DNA from: Yoonia sp.
Lineage (GTDB): Bacteria; Pseudomonadota; Alphaproteobacteria; Rhodobacterales; Rhodobacteraceae
Direction of reading: 5' to 3'
Assembly (NCBI GenBank): GCA_047627695.1
Contig: JBLHTS010000001.1
Coordinates: forward strand, 1-44,688
DNA length: 44,688 nt
Position numbers and translations under genes: made by a program. The notes beneath the pieces are model-generated. The model was not told the DNA's origin and did not search any database. It saw only the letters and a list, made by a program, of their open reading frames with translations. Of this stretch, positions 8,684-19,691 are shown piece by piece (positions within the stretch are counted from its first letter, which is position 1; each line of letters opens with the position of its first letter).

Positions 8684-9652
8684 TTAGCGTTTTGGCCGAT
8701 TGGCGTGAAACAGTTTAAACGCACCGTTGCCACCGATCACTTCGACGTTGCGGAAACATTCTGACAGAGTGTCTTCATAAGGCAAATGGCGATTTGCCAC
8801 CATCCAGAGTTTGCCATGCGGAACAAGCAGTCGCACGGCCGCCTGAATGAATGCCCGCCCAAGCGACGCATCAGGTGATCGGCCCACATGAAACGGCGGG
8901 TTCATCACGATCCCCTCATAGGTTGCACCATCAAATGCGATCGCGTCAGCCCAATGAAACGTAACACGCGGATCGGAGACGTTAAGGCGGGCACAGTTCA
9001 AAGAAAGCGCCTCTGCCTCAATCAGATCAAGCGATTTGACACCGTCGCGCGCCAAAATTGGTCCGGCAAGGTAACCCCAACCAGCCCCAAGATCTGCCAT
9101 ACGCGCAGGCAGCTTTGGCGGCAAAGCATTGGCTAAAAGCAATGAACCTGCATCGACTGCACCATCTGAAAAAACGCCGGCAGTTGTGAAATAGCCATGC
9201 GATCCTTTGACAGGCTCAGGGGCAGTCCAGTCCGAAAAAACATCTGTCGCTGCAAACCAAAAAATGCGCCCGTGCGCTTTGGTGATCGACGGCAAGTTGC
9301 CCAATGCCTTGCGGCACGCCTTGAACAGGCTATCAACACCGTCCGTCTTCTGCCCGTCGACAACCACAAAATCCGCATGTTTGCAGGCATCAGCGACCAT
9401 AGCGCGGGCAAGTGCTTTGGCACGCGGCACAACAACGATGGCTGTCGTCGTTTTGGTCTGGGTCTGCGTCGTGGGATACCCCGCACCCTGCCAAGCCGCG
9501 ACATCGGGGTAATACCCATGTACGATTTGCACGGCATCCCGCGTCAAGGGCGTCACATCATAGGTCGCGTCAGGGCGCATCAACGCGATGCGGCCTTCTG
9601 GCAGCGCAAGCAAACCATCTTCGATGGCAGTGGAAAGGCGGGATTGGGCCAT
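8684..9652 (-). CDS. rsmC: Class I SAM-dependent methyltransferase, 16S rRNA m2G1207 RsmC family
   Basis: GVFSDGAVDAGS, DLGAGWG, MNPPFH and WMVANRHLPYE motifs. Start moved to ATG 9652 to avoid overlap with clpS. Confidence 0.82.
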   Translation of the reverse strand: MAQSRLSTAIEDGLLALPEGRIALMRPDATYDVTPLTRDAVQIVHGYYPDVAAWQGAGYPTTQTQTKTTTAIVVVPRAKALARAMVADACKHADFVVVDGQKTDGVDSLFKACRKALGNLPSITKAHGRIFWFAATDVFSDWTAPEPVKGSHGYFTTAGVFSDGAVDAGSLLLANALPPKLPARMADLGAGWGYLAGPILARDGVKSLDLIEAEALSLNCARLNVSDPRVTFHWADAIAFDGATYEGIVMNPPFHVGRSPDASLGRAFIQAAVRLLVPHGKLWMVANRHLPYEDTLSECFRNVEVIGGNGAFKLFHANRPKR

Positions 9653-9677
9653 AAGGGCGGCGAATAGCGGCGAACCG

Positions 9678-10019
9678 CTATTCTTTCTCCATTGTGCATT
9701 GGAGCGGGTGCTGGTGGCGTTGCGCAAAATCCATGACCTGAGCCACTTTGGTTTCAGCGACTTCATGGCTGAACACGCCCACAACCGCGAGACCCTTTTT
9801 GTGTACCGTCAACATCAACTCAAAAGATTGCCCGTGCGATAGCCCGAAAAAGCGTTCAAGCACATGCACAACAAATTCCATCGGCGTAAAATCATCATTT
9901 AAGATCATAACCTTATACATCGGCGGCCGTTTCGTCTTTGGCTTCGTCTCAAGGACGACGCCAACGTCGCCTTCGCCATCATCCTTCTTGTCCGCCATCA
10001 TGTAAAACTTAGCCAGCAT
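9678..10019 (-). CDS. clpS: ATP-dependent Clp protease adaptor ClpS
   Basis: [25 protein letters not shown] and HPLQCTME motifs. The start is uncertain (10037, 10019 or later). Confidence 0.95.
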   Translation of the reverse strand: MLAKFYMMADKKDDGEGDVGVVLETKPKTKRPPMYKVMILNDDFTPMEFVVHVLERFFGLSHGQSFELMLTVHKKGLAVVGVFSHEVAETKVAQVMDFAQRHQHPLQCTMEKE

Positions 10020-10300
10020 TGATCCGCCTTCTGTCATTGGCGTTATATATAAGGCACATATCGCTTATGAAAACCCCAAGGTTTGATAAAGCTAAACACC
10101 ACCGCCGGGCACAAAAACAGGCTATCTGGTAGCTAGCCGCGCCGCAACCGCTAGATATAGTATTTTTGGATGATACTCACCCTGAAAGTCTTTGAAATTA
10201 GGGTATTTTCGGAAAAGATGACCTGTGCTAGCGTTACGAAATAATAATAAGACCACCGGAAAAATTCGGGGTCACTGAGGCAGAAAATGAGGCACGCGAC

Positions 10301-11779
10301 GTGAAAAGTCGGCTGGGACAATGGGCCCTTAACGGGCTATTTCTATGTATCGTTATGATATCAATGATGCTTGCACCTATCGGTGCAACTGCAGCCCCTT
10401 ATGCTGCGATGGTGATGGATGCACGCACCGGAGAGGTGCTGCATTCGCGCAACGCCGACACCCGATTGCATCCTGCTTCGTTGACCAAGATGATGACGCT
10501 GTATGTGGCATTCCAAGCCATTGAACGCGGCGAAATCACACTTGATACTCCAGTTACAATCAGCCGGAACGCGGCATCCGAGCCGCCGTCAAAACTAGGA
10601 CTACGCTCCGGTCAGACCATTCCCCTGCGCTTTTTGCTCCGCGCGGCGGCGGTCAAATCGGCCAATGACGCGGCAACCGCGATCGGCGAAGCAATTTCAG
10701 GCTCTGAAGAGGCATTCGCGACGCGCATGAACCGCACCGCAAGTGCGATGGGCATGAACAGCACGACCTTCCGCAATGCACATGGTCTGACGCAGTCTGG
10801 CCATTTGTCGACCGCACGCGACATGACTGTCTTGGGTCGCCACGTGATCTATGACTTCCCACAATATTATAACCTATTCTCGCGCCGTTCAGCAGACGCC
10901 GGCATTGCGACTGTCCGTCATACCAACCGCCGCTGGCTTGACAGCTACGAAGGCGGTGACGGCATCAAAACAGGCTACACAAGTGCTGCAGGGTTTAACC
11001 TTGTGGCCTCTGCCCAGCGCGGTCAGGAACGTGTGATTGCAACCGTTTTTGGTGGCTCGTCCACTGCCGCACGCAATACACGGATCACAGAGTTGATGGA
11101 TATGGGCTTTAACCGGGCACCGTCACGCGTGACCATTCAGGAACCAACACCACCAGAAGCAATGCTCAGCAGTTCCGAGGCTACCGGCAACCCCGGAAAA
11201 ACAATCCGTGTAAGCGGCCTTGTCGCCACAAGCGGGCGTCCAATCGCACGACCCCCTGCAACCACGACCCCAACCCCAGCCCAGGAGGTCGTGGTTGCAG
11301 CACTCGATACCGCTATCATCAACACGGTTGTCGCCGATGCGGTTGATGCCGCCCTTACCGAGGCGCTTGGGCCAATCCTCGAAGAACCACATGTGACGCA
11401 AGTCGCGACCGTGGTGCCGGCAGTCACACCCATGGTGCGTCCTGCAATCGAAGAAACAATTGTTGCAGCTGCTGCACCACCATCTGACGAAATCGTCGAG
11501 ACAGGACCAGAAGTTGTCACACGCATTTCAACATCAGGCGGGCGTCATTGGGGTGTCAACGTCGGTCGCTATAACACCCGCTATAACGCAGAGCGTGTAT
11601 TGCTGCAGGTCGCCCTGAACGAGATGAGCACGCTTGACGGCGCACTTCGCCGTGTGACCCAGCGTGCAGGCGGATTTGACGCGAACTTTATGGGTTTGAC
11701 CCGTGAAGGCGCTGATCTGGCCTGCCGGCGCCTGCAAGCGCGTGGGACTATGTGCTTTATGATAGGGTCAGAAGGCTAG
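10301..11779 (+). CDS. D-alanyl-D-alanine carboxypeptidase (peptidase S11) with Pro/Ala/Thr linker and SPOR-like C-terminus
   Basis: Signal peptide, PASLTK (SxxK), KSAND (SxN) and IKTG motifs. Confidence 0.92.
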   Translation: MKSRLGQWALNGLFLCIVMISMMLAPIGATAAPYAAMVMDARTGEVLHSRNADTRLHPASLTKMMTLYVAFQAIERGEITLDTPVTISRNAASEPPSKLGLRSGQTIPLRFLLRAAAVKSANDAATAIGEAISGSEEAFATRMNRTASAMGMNSTTFRNAHGLTQSGHLSTARDMTVLGRHVIYDFPQYYNLFSRRSADAGIATVRHTNRRWLDSYEGGDGIKTGYTSAAGFNLVASAQRGQERVIATVFGGSSTAARNTRITELMDMGFNRAPSRVTIQEPTPPEAMLSSSEATGNPGKTIRVSGLVATSGRPIARPPATTTPTPAQEVVVAALDTAIINTVVADAVDAALTEALGPILEEPHVTQVATVVPAVTPMVRPAIEETIVAAAAPPSDEIVETGPEVVTRISTSGGRHWGVNVGRYNTRYNAERVLLQVALNEMSTLDGALRRVTQRAGGFDANFMGLTREGADLACRRLQARGTMCFMIGSEG

Positions 11780-11781
11780 TC

Positions 11782-13380
11782 TTAAACCACGTCGCCTGCA
11801 AAGGCTGCTGCCATCAAAGCGCGTGTATAATCGGACTTTGGCGCATCAAAAATTGCGTTCGCGTCGCCTGCTTCAACCACATCGCCTTGTTTCATCACCA
11901 TCACCTTGTGTGACAGCGCGCGCACGACTTTCAGGTCATGGCTGATAAACAGATATGCCAAAGCATATTTCTGCTGCAGATCGCGCAAAAGCTGTACGAT
12001 TTGAACCTGTACCGTCATATCCAAAGCCGATGTCGGTTCGTCCAAGATCAACAATTTTGGCCGCAAAATCATCGCCCGCGCAATTGCGATGCGCTGACGC
12101 TGCCCACCGGAAAATTCGTGCGGGTAGCGGTCCATCAGTTCTGGATCAAGCCCAACCTCGCCCATGATTTCGGCCACCATATCGCGCCTGTCACGGCCCG
12201 GTTCAACGCCATGCACGCCAAGCCCCTCAGAGATGATCTCGGCCACAGTCATACGCGGGCTAAGCGAGCCGTAAGGATCTTGGAACACAATCTGCATGTC
12301 GCTGCGCAAGGGCCGCATCTGGCGTTGGTTCAGGCGGTGAATATCGGTGCCCTGAAACACAATCCGCCCTTCTGACCGGATCAGTCGCATAACCGCTAGC
12401 GCAAGCGTCGTTTTGCCCGACCCACTTTCGCCGACAACGCCCAGCGTCTCGCCTGCGCGCACGGTCAAGGTAGCGTCATTCACAGCCTTCACGTAACCCA
12501 CTGTCCGTCTCAATAGTCCGCGCTGGATGGGGAACCAGATTTTGGCACCGTCCGTTTCCAGAACAACCGGTGCGTCATCCGGCACTGGCACGGGCCCGCC
12601 GGTCGATTCGGCGGCAAGCAGCATTTGCGTATAGGGGTGCTGCGGGTTCGCGAAAAGTTCGGCCGTTGGACCCGTTTCAACAATCTCGCCGTCTTTCATC
12701 ACACAGACCCGGTCCGCAATTTTGCGCACAATCGTCAGGTCATGGGTGATGAACAGCATCGACATGCCCTCATCGCGTTTCAGGACCGCAAGCAGATCCA
12801 AAATTTGCGCCTGAATGGTCACATCAAGAGCTGTTGTCGGTTCGTCCGCAATCAGCAGTTCCGGCCCGTTCGCCAGCGCCATCGCGATCATCACGCGTTG
12901 TCGCTGTCCACCGGATAACTGATGCGGATAAGACCCCATCCGGCTTTCTGCGTCGCGAATTCCAACCCGTTCAAGCAATACAATAACGCGGGCTCGCACA
13001 GCGGCACCACGCAGACCTTGATGCAGTTCGATACTTTCAGCTAATTGCTTTTCAATGGTGTGCAACGGGTTCAGCGATGTCATCGGCTCTTGGAAAATAA
13101 AGCTGATGTCATTGCCGCGCACGCGGCGCAGCGCGGCGTCACCTGCGCCAACCATTTCTTGGCCGTTATAGGTGATCGACCCTGCCATCACGGCGCTGTC
13201 GCCCAGCAATTGCACTGTGGACAGCGCGGTCACCGATTTACCAGACCCGCTTTCGCCGACAATTGCGACGGTTTCACCTTTATGGACCTGAAAAGACACG
13301 CCGCGCACGGCATGGCTCATCCCGCCGTCTTGGCGAAAGGCCACCCGCAGTTCGGTGACGTCAAGAACGACTTCGGTCAT
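11782..13380 (-). CDS. yejF: Peptide ABC transporter dual ATP-binding protein (YejF type)
   Basis: Two GESGSGK Walker A motifs, two SGGQRQR signatures, two DEPT Walker B motifs; operon context. Confidence 0.9.
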   Translation of the reverse strand: MTEVVLDVTELRVAFRQDGGMSHAVRGVSFQVHKGETVAIVGESGSGKSVTALSTVQLLGDSAVMAGSITYNGQEMVGAGDAALRRVRGNDISFIFQEPMTSLNPLHTIEKQLAESIELHQGLRGAAVRARVIVLLERVGIRDAESRMGSYPHQLSGGQRQRVMIAMALANGPELLIADEPTTALDVTIQAQILDLLAVLKRDEGMSMLFITHDLTIVRKIADRVCVMKDGEIVETGPTAELFANPQHPYTQMLLAAESTGGPVPVPDDAPVVLETDGAKIWFPIQRGLLRRTVGYVKAVNDATLTVRAGETLGVVGESGSGKTTLALAVMRLIRSEGRIVFQGTDIHRLNQRQMRPLRSDMQIVFQDPYGSLSPRMTVAEIISEGLGVHGVEPGRDRRDMVAEIMGEVGLDPELMDRYPHEFSGGQRQRIAIARAMILRPKLLILDEPTSALDMTVQVQIVQLLRDLQQKYALAYLFISHDLKVVRALSHKVMVMKQGDVVEAGDANAIFDAPKSDYTRALMAAAFAGDVV

Positions 13381-14561
13381 TGTTCGGCTGCCTTTGTTTT
13401 GGCGGCCGCAAATGCAGCATCATCCACAGTCACATTCCCGTCCGCGACAAACGTCTTGCGCGGATCAAAGGCGTCGCGGACCCCTTCAAAGATGAACACC
13501 AACAGCGACAACATAATCGCAAAGGTAAAGAAGGCGGTGAAACCCAACCATGGCGCTTGCAAGTTCTGCTTGGCTTGCAATGTCATCTCGCCCAGCGACG
13601 GGGCCGAAGACGGCAGACCGAAGCCTAGAAAATCAAGCGACGCCAATCCGCCAATCGCGCCCGTCACCAAGAACGGCAGCATCGTCACGGTGGCGACCAT
13701 TGCGTTGGGCAGCATATGGCGGAACATGATCGTGCGGTCGCGGACGCCCAGCGCCTTGGCCGCACGGACGTATTCCAAATTGCGGGCGCGCAGGAACTCT
13801 GCCCTGACCACCCCGACGAGGGCGGGCCATCCGAACAGCACTGTGAGGAACACAAGGAGCCAGTAACTTCGCCCCAAGATCGCGAAGACAATGATAATCA
13901 CGTAAAGCGACGGCATCCCCGTCCAAATCTCAATAAATCGCTGGAATATCAGGTCAGTCCAACCGCCAAAATACCCCTGCACAGCACCCGCCATGATCCC
14001 GATGATGGATGCAGCCACGGTCACTGTCAGCGCAAAGGTCACCGACAATCGAAATCCGTAAATGACGCGCGCCAGTACATCGCGTTTGGTATCATCCGTG
14101 CCTAACAAATTCTCTGCACTTGGTGGCGATGGGGCCACACCGCCGACATCCACAATGGTGTTGTAGGAATAGGGAATAACGGGCCAAAGCATCCAGCCTT
14201 CTTGAAAATCACCGTCCAGCGTCTCGCCTGCGGCAACAGCCGCAATAAACACATCCGGGGTATCAAAGCAGTCCTGCAATCCGCCTGTGACAATCAGGCA
14301 ATCAACCTCGACCTCGCCATAGCCTGCTTCGGTCGGGAAATCGCCGCCGAAGTCCTGTTCCGAATAGAAGTTGAAGATCGGCATATAAAGCTCGCCGCGA
14401 TAACTGACCGCGATGGGTTTATCGTTGGCGACGAACTCGGCCATTAGGGATAGGCCAAATAGCACGCTGAAAATAACGAGCGACCACAAAGCCCGCCGGT
14501 TACGCTTGAAATTGCGCACGCGCCGCCGGTTGAGCGGGGACAGGAAGGGACGTTTCGCCAT
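13377..14561 (-). CDS. yejE: Peptide ABC transporter permease (YejE type)
   Basis: LSPLNRRR..NFKRNRR N-terminus, LGTDD, VRAEFLRAR..EYVRAAKALG EAA loop. Confidence 0.9.
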   Translation of the reverse strand: MAKRPFLSPLNRRRVRNFKRNRRALWSLVIFSVLFGLSLMAEFVANDKPIAVSYRGELYMPIFNFYSEQDFGGDFPTEAGYGEVEVDCLIVTGGLQDCFDTPDVFIAAVAAGETLDGDFQEGWMLWPVIPYSYNTIVDVGGVAPSPPSAENLLGTDDTKRDVLARVIYGFRLSVTFALTVTVAASIIGIMAGAVQGYFGGWTDLIFQRFIEIWTGMPSLYVIIIVFAILGRSYWLLVFLTVLFGWPALVGVVRAEFLRARNLEYVRAAKALGVRDRTIMFRHMLPNAMVATVTMLPFLVTGAIGGLASLDFLGFGLPSSAPSLGEMTLQAKQNLQAPWLGFTAFFTFAIMLSLLVFIFEGVRDAFDPRKTFVADGNVTVDDAAFAAAKTKAAEQ

Positions 14562-15634
14562 CAGCCGCGTGCCTCGAAATCAATGCGAGGGTCAATGAGA
14601 ACATAGGTCAAGTCCGTCAAGATACCCACGACCAGCCCGATCAACGAAAATGCGAATAAAGTGCCGAACACGACCGGATAATCACGGGCCACTGCGGCCT
14701 CGAACCCCAACCGTCCCAACCCGTCAAGCGAGAAGAGTGTTTCGATAATCAGCGATCCGCCAAAGAACACGCCGATGAACAAGGCCGGAAAGCCGGAAAT
14801 CACGATCAGCATCCCGTTTCGAAACACATGCCCATAAAGCACGCGTCTTTCAGACAGACCCTTGGCGCGGGCTGTCATCACATATTGCTTTTTTATCTCA
14901 TCCAGAAAGCTGTTCTTGGTCAGCAAGGTCAGCGTCGCAAAGGCCGAAATCGTGGACGCCAACACAGGCAGCGTGATGTGCCAGAAGTAGTCCAGAACCT
15001 TGCCGATCATGCTAAGTTCTTCAAAGTTGGCAGAAGTTAAGCCGCGCAAGGGGAACAGGCGCCAGTAGGACCCGCCTGCGAACAAAACGATCAGCAGGAT
15101 CGCAAACAAAAAGCCCGGAATCGCATAACCCACAATGATCGCGCCAGAGGTCCACGTATCAAACGGTGTGCCGTCGCGCACGGCCTTTTTTATACCCAGC
15201 GGAATCGAGATCAGGTAGGCGATCAACGTCGACCAAAGACCCAAGGTGATCGACACGGGCATTTTTTCCAGCACCAGATCAAACACGCTGATCGAACGGA
15301 AGTAGCTTTCGCCAAAATCAAGGCGCATGTAGTTCCACATCATTGTCAGGAACCGCTCGAGCGGGGGTTTGTCAAACCCGAACTCGCGCTCAAGATCGGC
15401 GATAAAATCAGCAGGCAAACCGCGCCCACCAATATAGTCGCTATCGCCCGTATCAACCAACTCACTTCCGCTGCCAGAGATGCCTTCAAAGACATCACCG
15501 CGACCTTCCATCTCGGCCAGAATTTGTTCAATTGGCCCGCCAGGAACGAATTGGGTCAGGGCGAAGTTGATGATCATGATGCCCAATAATGTGGGTATCA
15601 CAAGCAGCAGTCGCCTTAGGATATATGCACCCAC
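14561..15634 (-). CDS. yejB: Peptide ABC transporter permease (YejB type)
   Basis: [36 protein letters not shown] and DPRIDF motifs; GTG start. Confidence 0.92.
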   Translation of the reverse strand: MGAYILRRLLLVIPTLLGIMIINFALTQFVPGGPIEQILAEMEGRGDVFEGISGSGSELVDTGDSDYIGGRGLPADFIADLEREFGFDKPPLERFLTMMWNYMRLDFGESYFRSISVFDLVLEKMPVSITLGLWSTLIAYLISIPLGIKKAVRDGTPFDTWTSGAIIVGYAIPGFLFAILLIVLFAGGSYWRLFPLRGLTSANFEELSMIGKVLDYFWHITLPVLASTISAFATLTLLTKNSFLDEIKKQYVMTARAKGLSERRVLYGHVFRNGMLIVISGFPALFIGVFFGGSLIIETLFSLDGLGRLGFEAAVARDYPVVFGTLFAFSLIGLVVGILTDLTYVLIDPRIDFEARG

Positions 15635-15644
15635 TTACAGCGCC

Positions 15645-17588
15645 TTACTGGAACGCGCCGGCAGCTGTTAAAGCCGCCGCTGCATCTGCGTCAAACCACC
15701 AATTATCAATTGGCGACAATGCCAGTGGCGGCACTTCTTTGAACCTGAACATGTTAAAATATGCCACGGTATGAACGCCCTTTTGCCATTGCGGAATCCA
15801 GAACCGTTCGGCCCGTAACACACGGTCCAATGCGCGGGTGCGAATGGTCAGGTCCTCTAGCGTCTCAGCTTCGACAATCTCGCGGATCAGACGGTCAGCG
15901 GCCGGCAATTTAAGGCGCATCGGGTTGCGCGAGCTGTCCTCGGCGGCCTCTGAGCCAAAGAACTGTGACAATTGCTGGCCCGGTTCATAGTCTTGGCCCA
16001 GCGACGCATTGATGATGTCAAACGAACCAGCGCGGCTACGTTCAACGAATTGCGCCGTATCAACCCGCTCTAAAGCCGCATCCACGCCCAGTCGTTTCAA
16101 GTTTTCGACGATTGGGTTGATGATGCGGTCGAACTGCGGTGAACGTTCAAGAAAGACCACAGAAAGCACTTCGCCGTCTTTGCGCCGCAGTCCGTCATCG
16201 CCTGCGATCCACCCCGCCTCTTTCAGCAAAGCAGAGGCAGCGCGCAAGTTTGTGCGATCCAGTGGACGCTCTGCTGTGGCGGATACCGGTGGGATCGTAG
16301 CTCCGGCGGTCAAGATAGAGGCATCAAGCAACCCATCGTCGACCAATGGCTGTAAGATCGCCAGCTCTTCAGTAGAAGGCACACCAACGGCTTTTAGGTC
16401 AGAGTTATCCCAGAAAGATTCAGGACGCTCGTAGAGGCCGTAAAACAGCGTTTCGTTCATCCATTCAAAGTTCACCATCAAGGTCAACGCTTCGCGGACC
16501 AACGGGTCTTGGAACTTTTCTTTGTTGAGGTTGAACACAAACCCTTGGCCCGTACCGATTGACCCGTCTGGCAATTCTTCAACCGTTACCCAGCCCTGTT
16601 CGCGCGCAGGGAAGTCGTAACCCGTCGCCCACTGCAAAGAACTGTTTTCATCGCGGAACGTATAAACGCCGGATTTAAAGCCCTCGAATGCCGCACTGCT
16701 ATCGGCAAAATATTCAACGCGGATCGTCTCGAAATTATTGCGGCCTTGGTTGATCGGCAGATCAGCCCCCCACCAATTGGGATCGTAGCGATAAATGATC
16801 TGGCGACCGATATCGACGGTATCCAAACGGTAAGGGCCCGTCGCCATAAACGGCGCGTCAGAGGCTTCGTCAAGCCGAGTTTCAGTGGACTCGAACCAAG
16901 CTTTGGAAAAGGCCGATGTGCCGCCAACCCAAGTCACAACATCACGGCGCGGCGCGCTTTCGGTAAAGTTGAATCTAATTTTAAAGTCATCCAGAACCTC
17001 GACGCTTTCGATGAACTGCGAATAGACACTACGGTACTCTGTGATACCTTGCTCCAAGTATAGCTCGAAAGTGAATTTGATATCCTCGGCGGTCATGGTG
17101 CTTCCGTCCCAGAATTTGACGTCATCGCGCAGGTTGAAAATCACCCAATCGCGGCTTTCCGGGTACTCGATCGTCTCGCACAGGTAGCAATAGGCGCCAT
17201 AGGGGTCATCAGCGGTAGAAGTCAAAATGCTTTCATATCCGATGGTGGATAGGGCCGCGGGAACACCTTTGCGGGTGGATAAGTTAAAGCTGTCGAATGT
17301 GCCTTGCGCCCACTGTGAAAACTCGCCGCCTTTTTGCGCGTCCGGGTTCACATAGTCTAGTATTTCATTGGGACCGTATTTCAATTCACCAAAATTCGCA
17401 TAGCCATGGCTTTGAATGACCGCGTCATGGGCGTCGGCAAATGCCTCTGTTCCCGCCCACAGTGCTGCAATGCTGATGACAGACCCGAGCAGCCAGTGTT
17501 TCGCCACGCGGTCACGGGCAACACGTTGTGCGGAAATAGCTTGGGCCTTGGGGCGATTTTGCATCATTCTCTCCGTGTTTGGTCTCAT
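15645..17588 (-). CDS. yejA: Peptide ABC transporter periplasmic binding protein (YejA type, SBP family 5)
   Basis: YVNPDAQKGG, GTFDSFN, GPY, NNFETIRVEYF and RALDRVL motifs; first gene of the operon. The start is uncertain. Confidence 0.88.
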   Translation of the reverse strand: MRPNTERMMQNRPKAQAISAQRVARDRVAKHWLLGSVISIAALWAGTEAFADAHDAVIQSHGYANFGELKYGPNEILDYVNPDAQKGGEFSQWAQGTFDSFNLSTRKGVPAALSTIGYESILTSTADDPYGAYCYLCETIEYPESRDWVIFNLRDDVKFWDGSTMTAEDIKFTFELYLEQGITEYRSVYSQFIESVEVLDDFKIRFNFTESAPRRDVVTWVGGTSAFSKAWFESTETRLDEASDAPFMATGPYRLDTVDIGRQIIYRYDPNWWGADLPINQGRNNFETIRVEYFADSSAAFEGFKSGVYTFRDENSSLQWATGYDFPAREQGWVTVEELPDGSIGTGQGFVFNLNKEKFQDPLVREALTLMVNFEWMNETLFYGLYERPESFWDNSDLKAVGVPSTEELAILQPLVDDGLLDASILTAGATIPPVSATAERPLDRTNLRAASALLKEAGWIAGDDGLRRKDGEVLSVVFLERSPQFDRIINPIVENLKRLGVDAALERVDTAQFVERSRAGSFDIINASLGQDYEPGQQLSQFFGSEAAEDSSRNPMRLKLPAADRLIREIVEAETLEDLTIRTRALDRVLRAERFWIPQWQKGVHTVAYFNMFRFKEVPPLALSPIDNWWFDADAAAALTAAGAFQ

Positions 17589-17676
17589 ACCATCGTAAAT
17601 GAACTAAAAGGACAGTTTGGCAAACTTTCAAGTTGAGTTTCCGTGATCTGCCCGTGTGACGTACAAGACATGCAAG

Positions 17677-17706
17677 AAAAAAGGCCGCTCGGAAGAAGCG
17701 GCCTTT
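17677..17706 (-). terminator. Rho-independent terminator of the cytochrome c gene
   Basis: AAAGGCCGCT...AGCGGCCTTT stem; the A-run at 17677-17682 gives the U-tract on the minus strand. Confidence 0.75.
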
Positions 17707-17728
17707 GATTTATCCAATGCGGTGTGGT

Positions 17729-18241
17729 CTAGCCGCCGATGGTTGCCAGATAAGCAATCAAGTTCGCGCGGTCTTCGACACTGCGCATCCCGTTATAGCC
17801 CATCGCTGTGCCAGGTGCGTAACCACGTGGGTTTTCAAGGAAACCATTCAGGTTCTCTGGGGTCCAGACGTCCACAACTTCGGCCAATGCGCCAGAATAG
17901 TTGAAGTCAGCATAAAATTGCACGGGGCGGTTCACGACGCCGTAAAGCGCAGGGCCTGTGCCATGCTGTCCCGATTCAAGTGCGTGGCAAGAGCGACAAC
18001 CGCGCCACAAGGTCTCGCCGTCGGTCGCACTTGCGGATGCCATAACAACTGCAAAATCAAGCTCAACGACATCTTCTTCAGCTTCGCCTTCGGCACCTTC
18101 GACTTCGATCACATAGGCCTGCTCACCGTAGTGGCCGCCTGAATGATAAACTTCTTCCGCCAGCCATGCGCCCAGCAAATAGACAAGAAAAGTACCACAA
18201 AGTGCACCAATCACTTTGGTCGTCGTCATTGTGTCGAACAT
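17729..18241 (-). CDS. Membrane-anchored class I cytochrome c (cytochrome cy/c552, CycM-like)
   Basis: MFDTMTTTK N-terminal TM anchor, acidic linker, CRSCH heme motif, GPALYGV, PGTAM ligand. Confidence 0.92.
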   Translation of the reverse strand: MFDTMTTTKVIGALCGTFLVYLLGAWLAEEVYHSGGHYGEQAYVIEVEGAEGEAEEDVVELDFAVVMASASATDGETLWRGCRSCHALESGQHGTGPALYGVVNRPVQFYADFNYSGALAEVVDVWTPENLNGFLENPRGYAPGTAMGYNGMRSVEDRANLIAYLATIGG

Positions 18242-18364
18242 GTCGCGTTCCATTCCGTTCAAATATTTGCGGTTATCTATCCGCTTCCCACACCGAGTTG
18301 CAAGGTATACTGCCGCGTTCTAACACCCCTTTTTTTGTCGGGGAAGCGCAAGGAGGTCACAATC

Positions 18365-19210
18365 ATGTCCCAGAAAATCGCATTTCAAGGCGAATTGGGT
18401 GCTTACGGTCACGAAGCCTGTATCACTGCACGCCCCGATTTCGAACCCCTGCCTTGTGGCACTTTCGAATCCGCAATCGATGCTGTGCGCAGTGGTAAGG
18501 CTGATATAGGCATGATTGCGGTAGAGAATTCGACTTATGGACGGGTAGCGGACGTTCATTCGCTTTTGCCCGAAAGTGGTCTGCATATTGTCGATGAAAC
18601 CTTTGTGCGCGTGCATGTCAATTTGTTGGGCAAACCAGAAGCACAGCTAAGCGACATCAAAGAGGCACATGGACACCCTGTCATTTTGCCGCAGTGCGGG
18701 CGTTTCCTTCGCGAACATGACATCGTCGGGCGGACCAGTTCGGATAATGCCCGTGCTGCACGCGAAGTGGCTACTGGGAATGATCTGGGCAGGGCGGCGC
18801 TTGCGTCCGAACTAGCCGCTGACATCTACGGGCTCAAAGTCCTTGCGCGCCACATCGAAGATCACGCCCGCAACACAACTCGTTTTTTGATCATGGCCCG
18901 CGACCCCGACTATACGCGACGTGGGGAATTCGGCATGATGACCAGCTTTGTATTTCGGGTCCGCAACATCCCTGCTGCCCTCTACAAGGCAATGGGTGGC
19001 TTTGCGACCAATAGCGTGAACATGACCAAGCTGGAAAGCTATATGGTCGACGGCGAATTCACCGCGACACAGTTCTATTCCGAGATCGAAGGGCATCCCG
19101 ACGACGCCAATGTGCAATTAGCACTCGAGGAGTTGGGTTATTTCACTGACCACCTGCATGTCATGGGCGTTTATCCGGCCGCTGCACGGCGTCACGAAAA
19201 AGCCAACTAA
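18365..19210 (+). CDS. pheA: Prephenate dehydratase
   Basis: IAFQGELGAY, ENSTYGRV, NTTRF and ACT-domain NMTKLES motifs. SD AAGGAGG precedes ATG 18365. Confidence 0.95.
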   Translation: MSQKIAFQGELGAYGHEACITARPDFEPLPCGTFESAIDAVRSGKADIGMIAVENSTYGRVADVHSLLPESGLHIVDETFVRVHVNLLGKPEAQLSDIKEAHGHPVILPQCGRFLREHDIVGRTSSDNARAAREVATGNDLGRAALASELAADIYGLKVLARHIEDHARNTTRFLIMARDPDYTRRGEFGMMTSFVFRVRNIPAALYKAMGGFATNSVNMTKLESYMVDGEFTATQFYSEIEGHPDDANVQLALEELGYFTDHLHVMGVYPAAARRHEKAN

Positions 19211-19669
19211 GCGTCGCGACGGTAGCGGTCTTCGATTTCTTCAGCAAAATCCAAGACGCGGCCATTGAAGCGCTTGGTCACCTTGGTCTTTGCAAGCTTT
19301 AACGATTGCACCAAAAGGTGTGCGGTCAACGTTTTTGCGCGCAGATCAAAACTGACCAAAACGCGTGTGCGGGTTTGGGATAACGCGATCAGTTCGATCT
19401 CTGTTGAGGCGTTCAGACCGTCAGATGCACTGTCGATTGTTAAAGCTTGCGGCTGATCCAAAACAGTTAGTGTTGCCTCGGCCTTGCGGTCGCGGCTGCG
19501 AAAATTGTTTGATATCCCAAATTGTACCTTGCGGCACCACATCATCAGGTCTGCGCGCCACTTCGGCACCTTGACGCATTGCACGCCGTTCAAAGGCTGC
19601 AAAGTCGCTGATCTGTGAAAATACATAATCGATTGGCGCCTCGATATCTTCGCGTGTGCTGAATTTCAT
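19207..19669 (-). pseudogene. SRPBCC (polyketide cyclase/CoxG-like) family protein, frameshifted near 19501-19510
   Basis: [17 protein letters not shown]...WDIK is in one frame and FRSRDRK...QSLKLAK...RYRRDA* in another. Restoring 2 nt gives a single ORF. Confidence 0.8.
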
Positions 19670-19691
19670 TCAGATCGTTCCCAAAAGACGT

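Noticed and set aside
10040-10300. Possible remnant of a deleted gene between clpS and the carboxypeptidase
   Set aside because: Only a few codons of unconvincing similarity; it is better read as an AT-rich divergent promoter region.
11140-11500. Low-complexity Pro/Thr/Ala stretch as a DNA repeat
   Set aside because: It is a coding linker of the carboxypeptidase with no regular nucleotide repeat unit.
18247-18260. GTTC...GTTC direct repeat resembling the alphaproteobacterial LexA box
   Set aside because: The spacer is 6 nt rather than 7, and it overlaps the cytochrome c translation start region.
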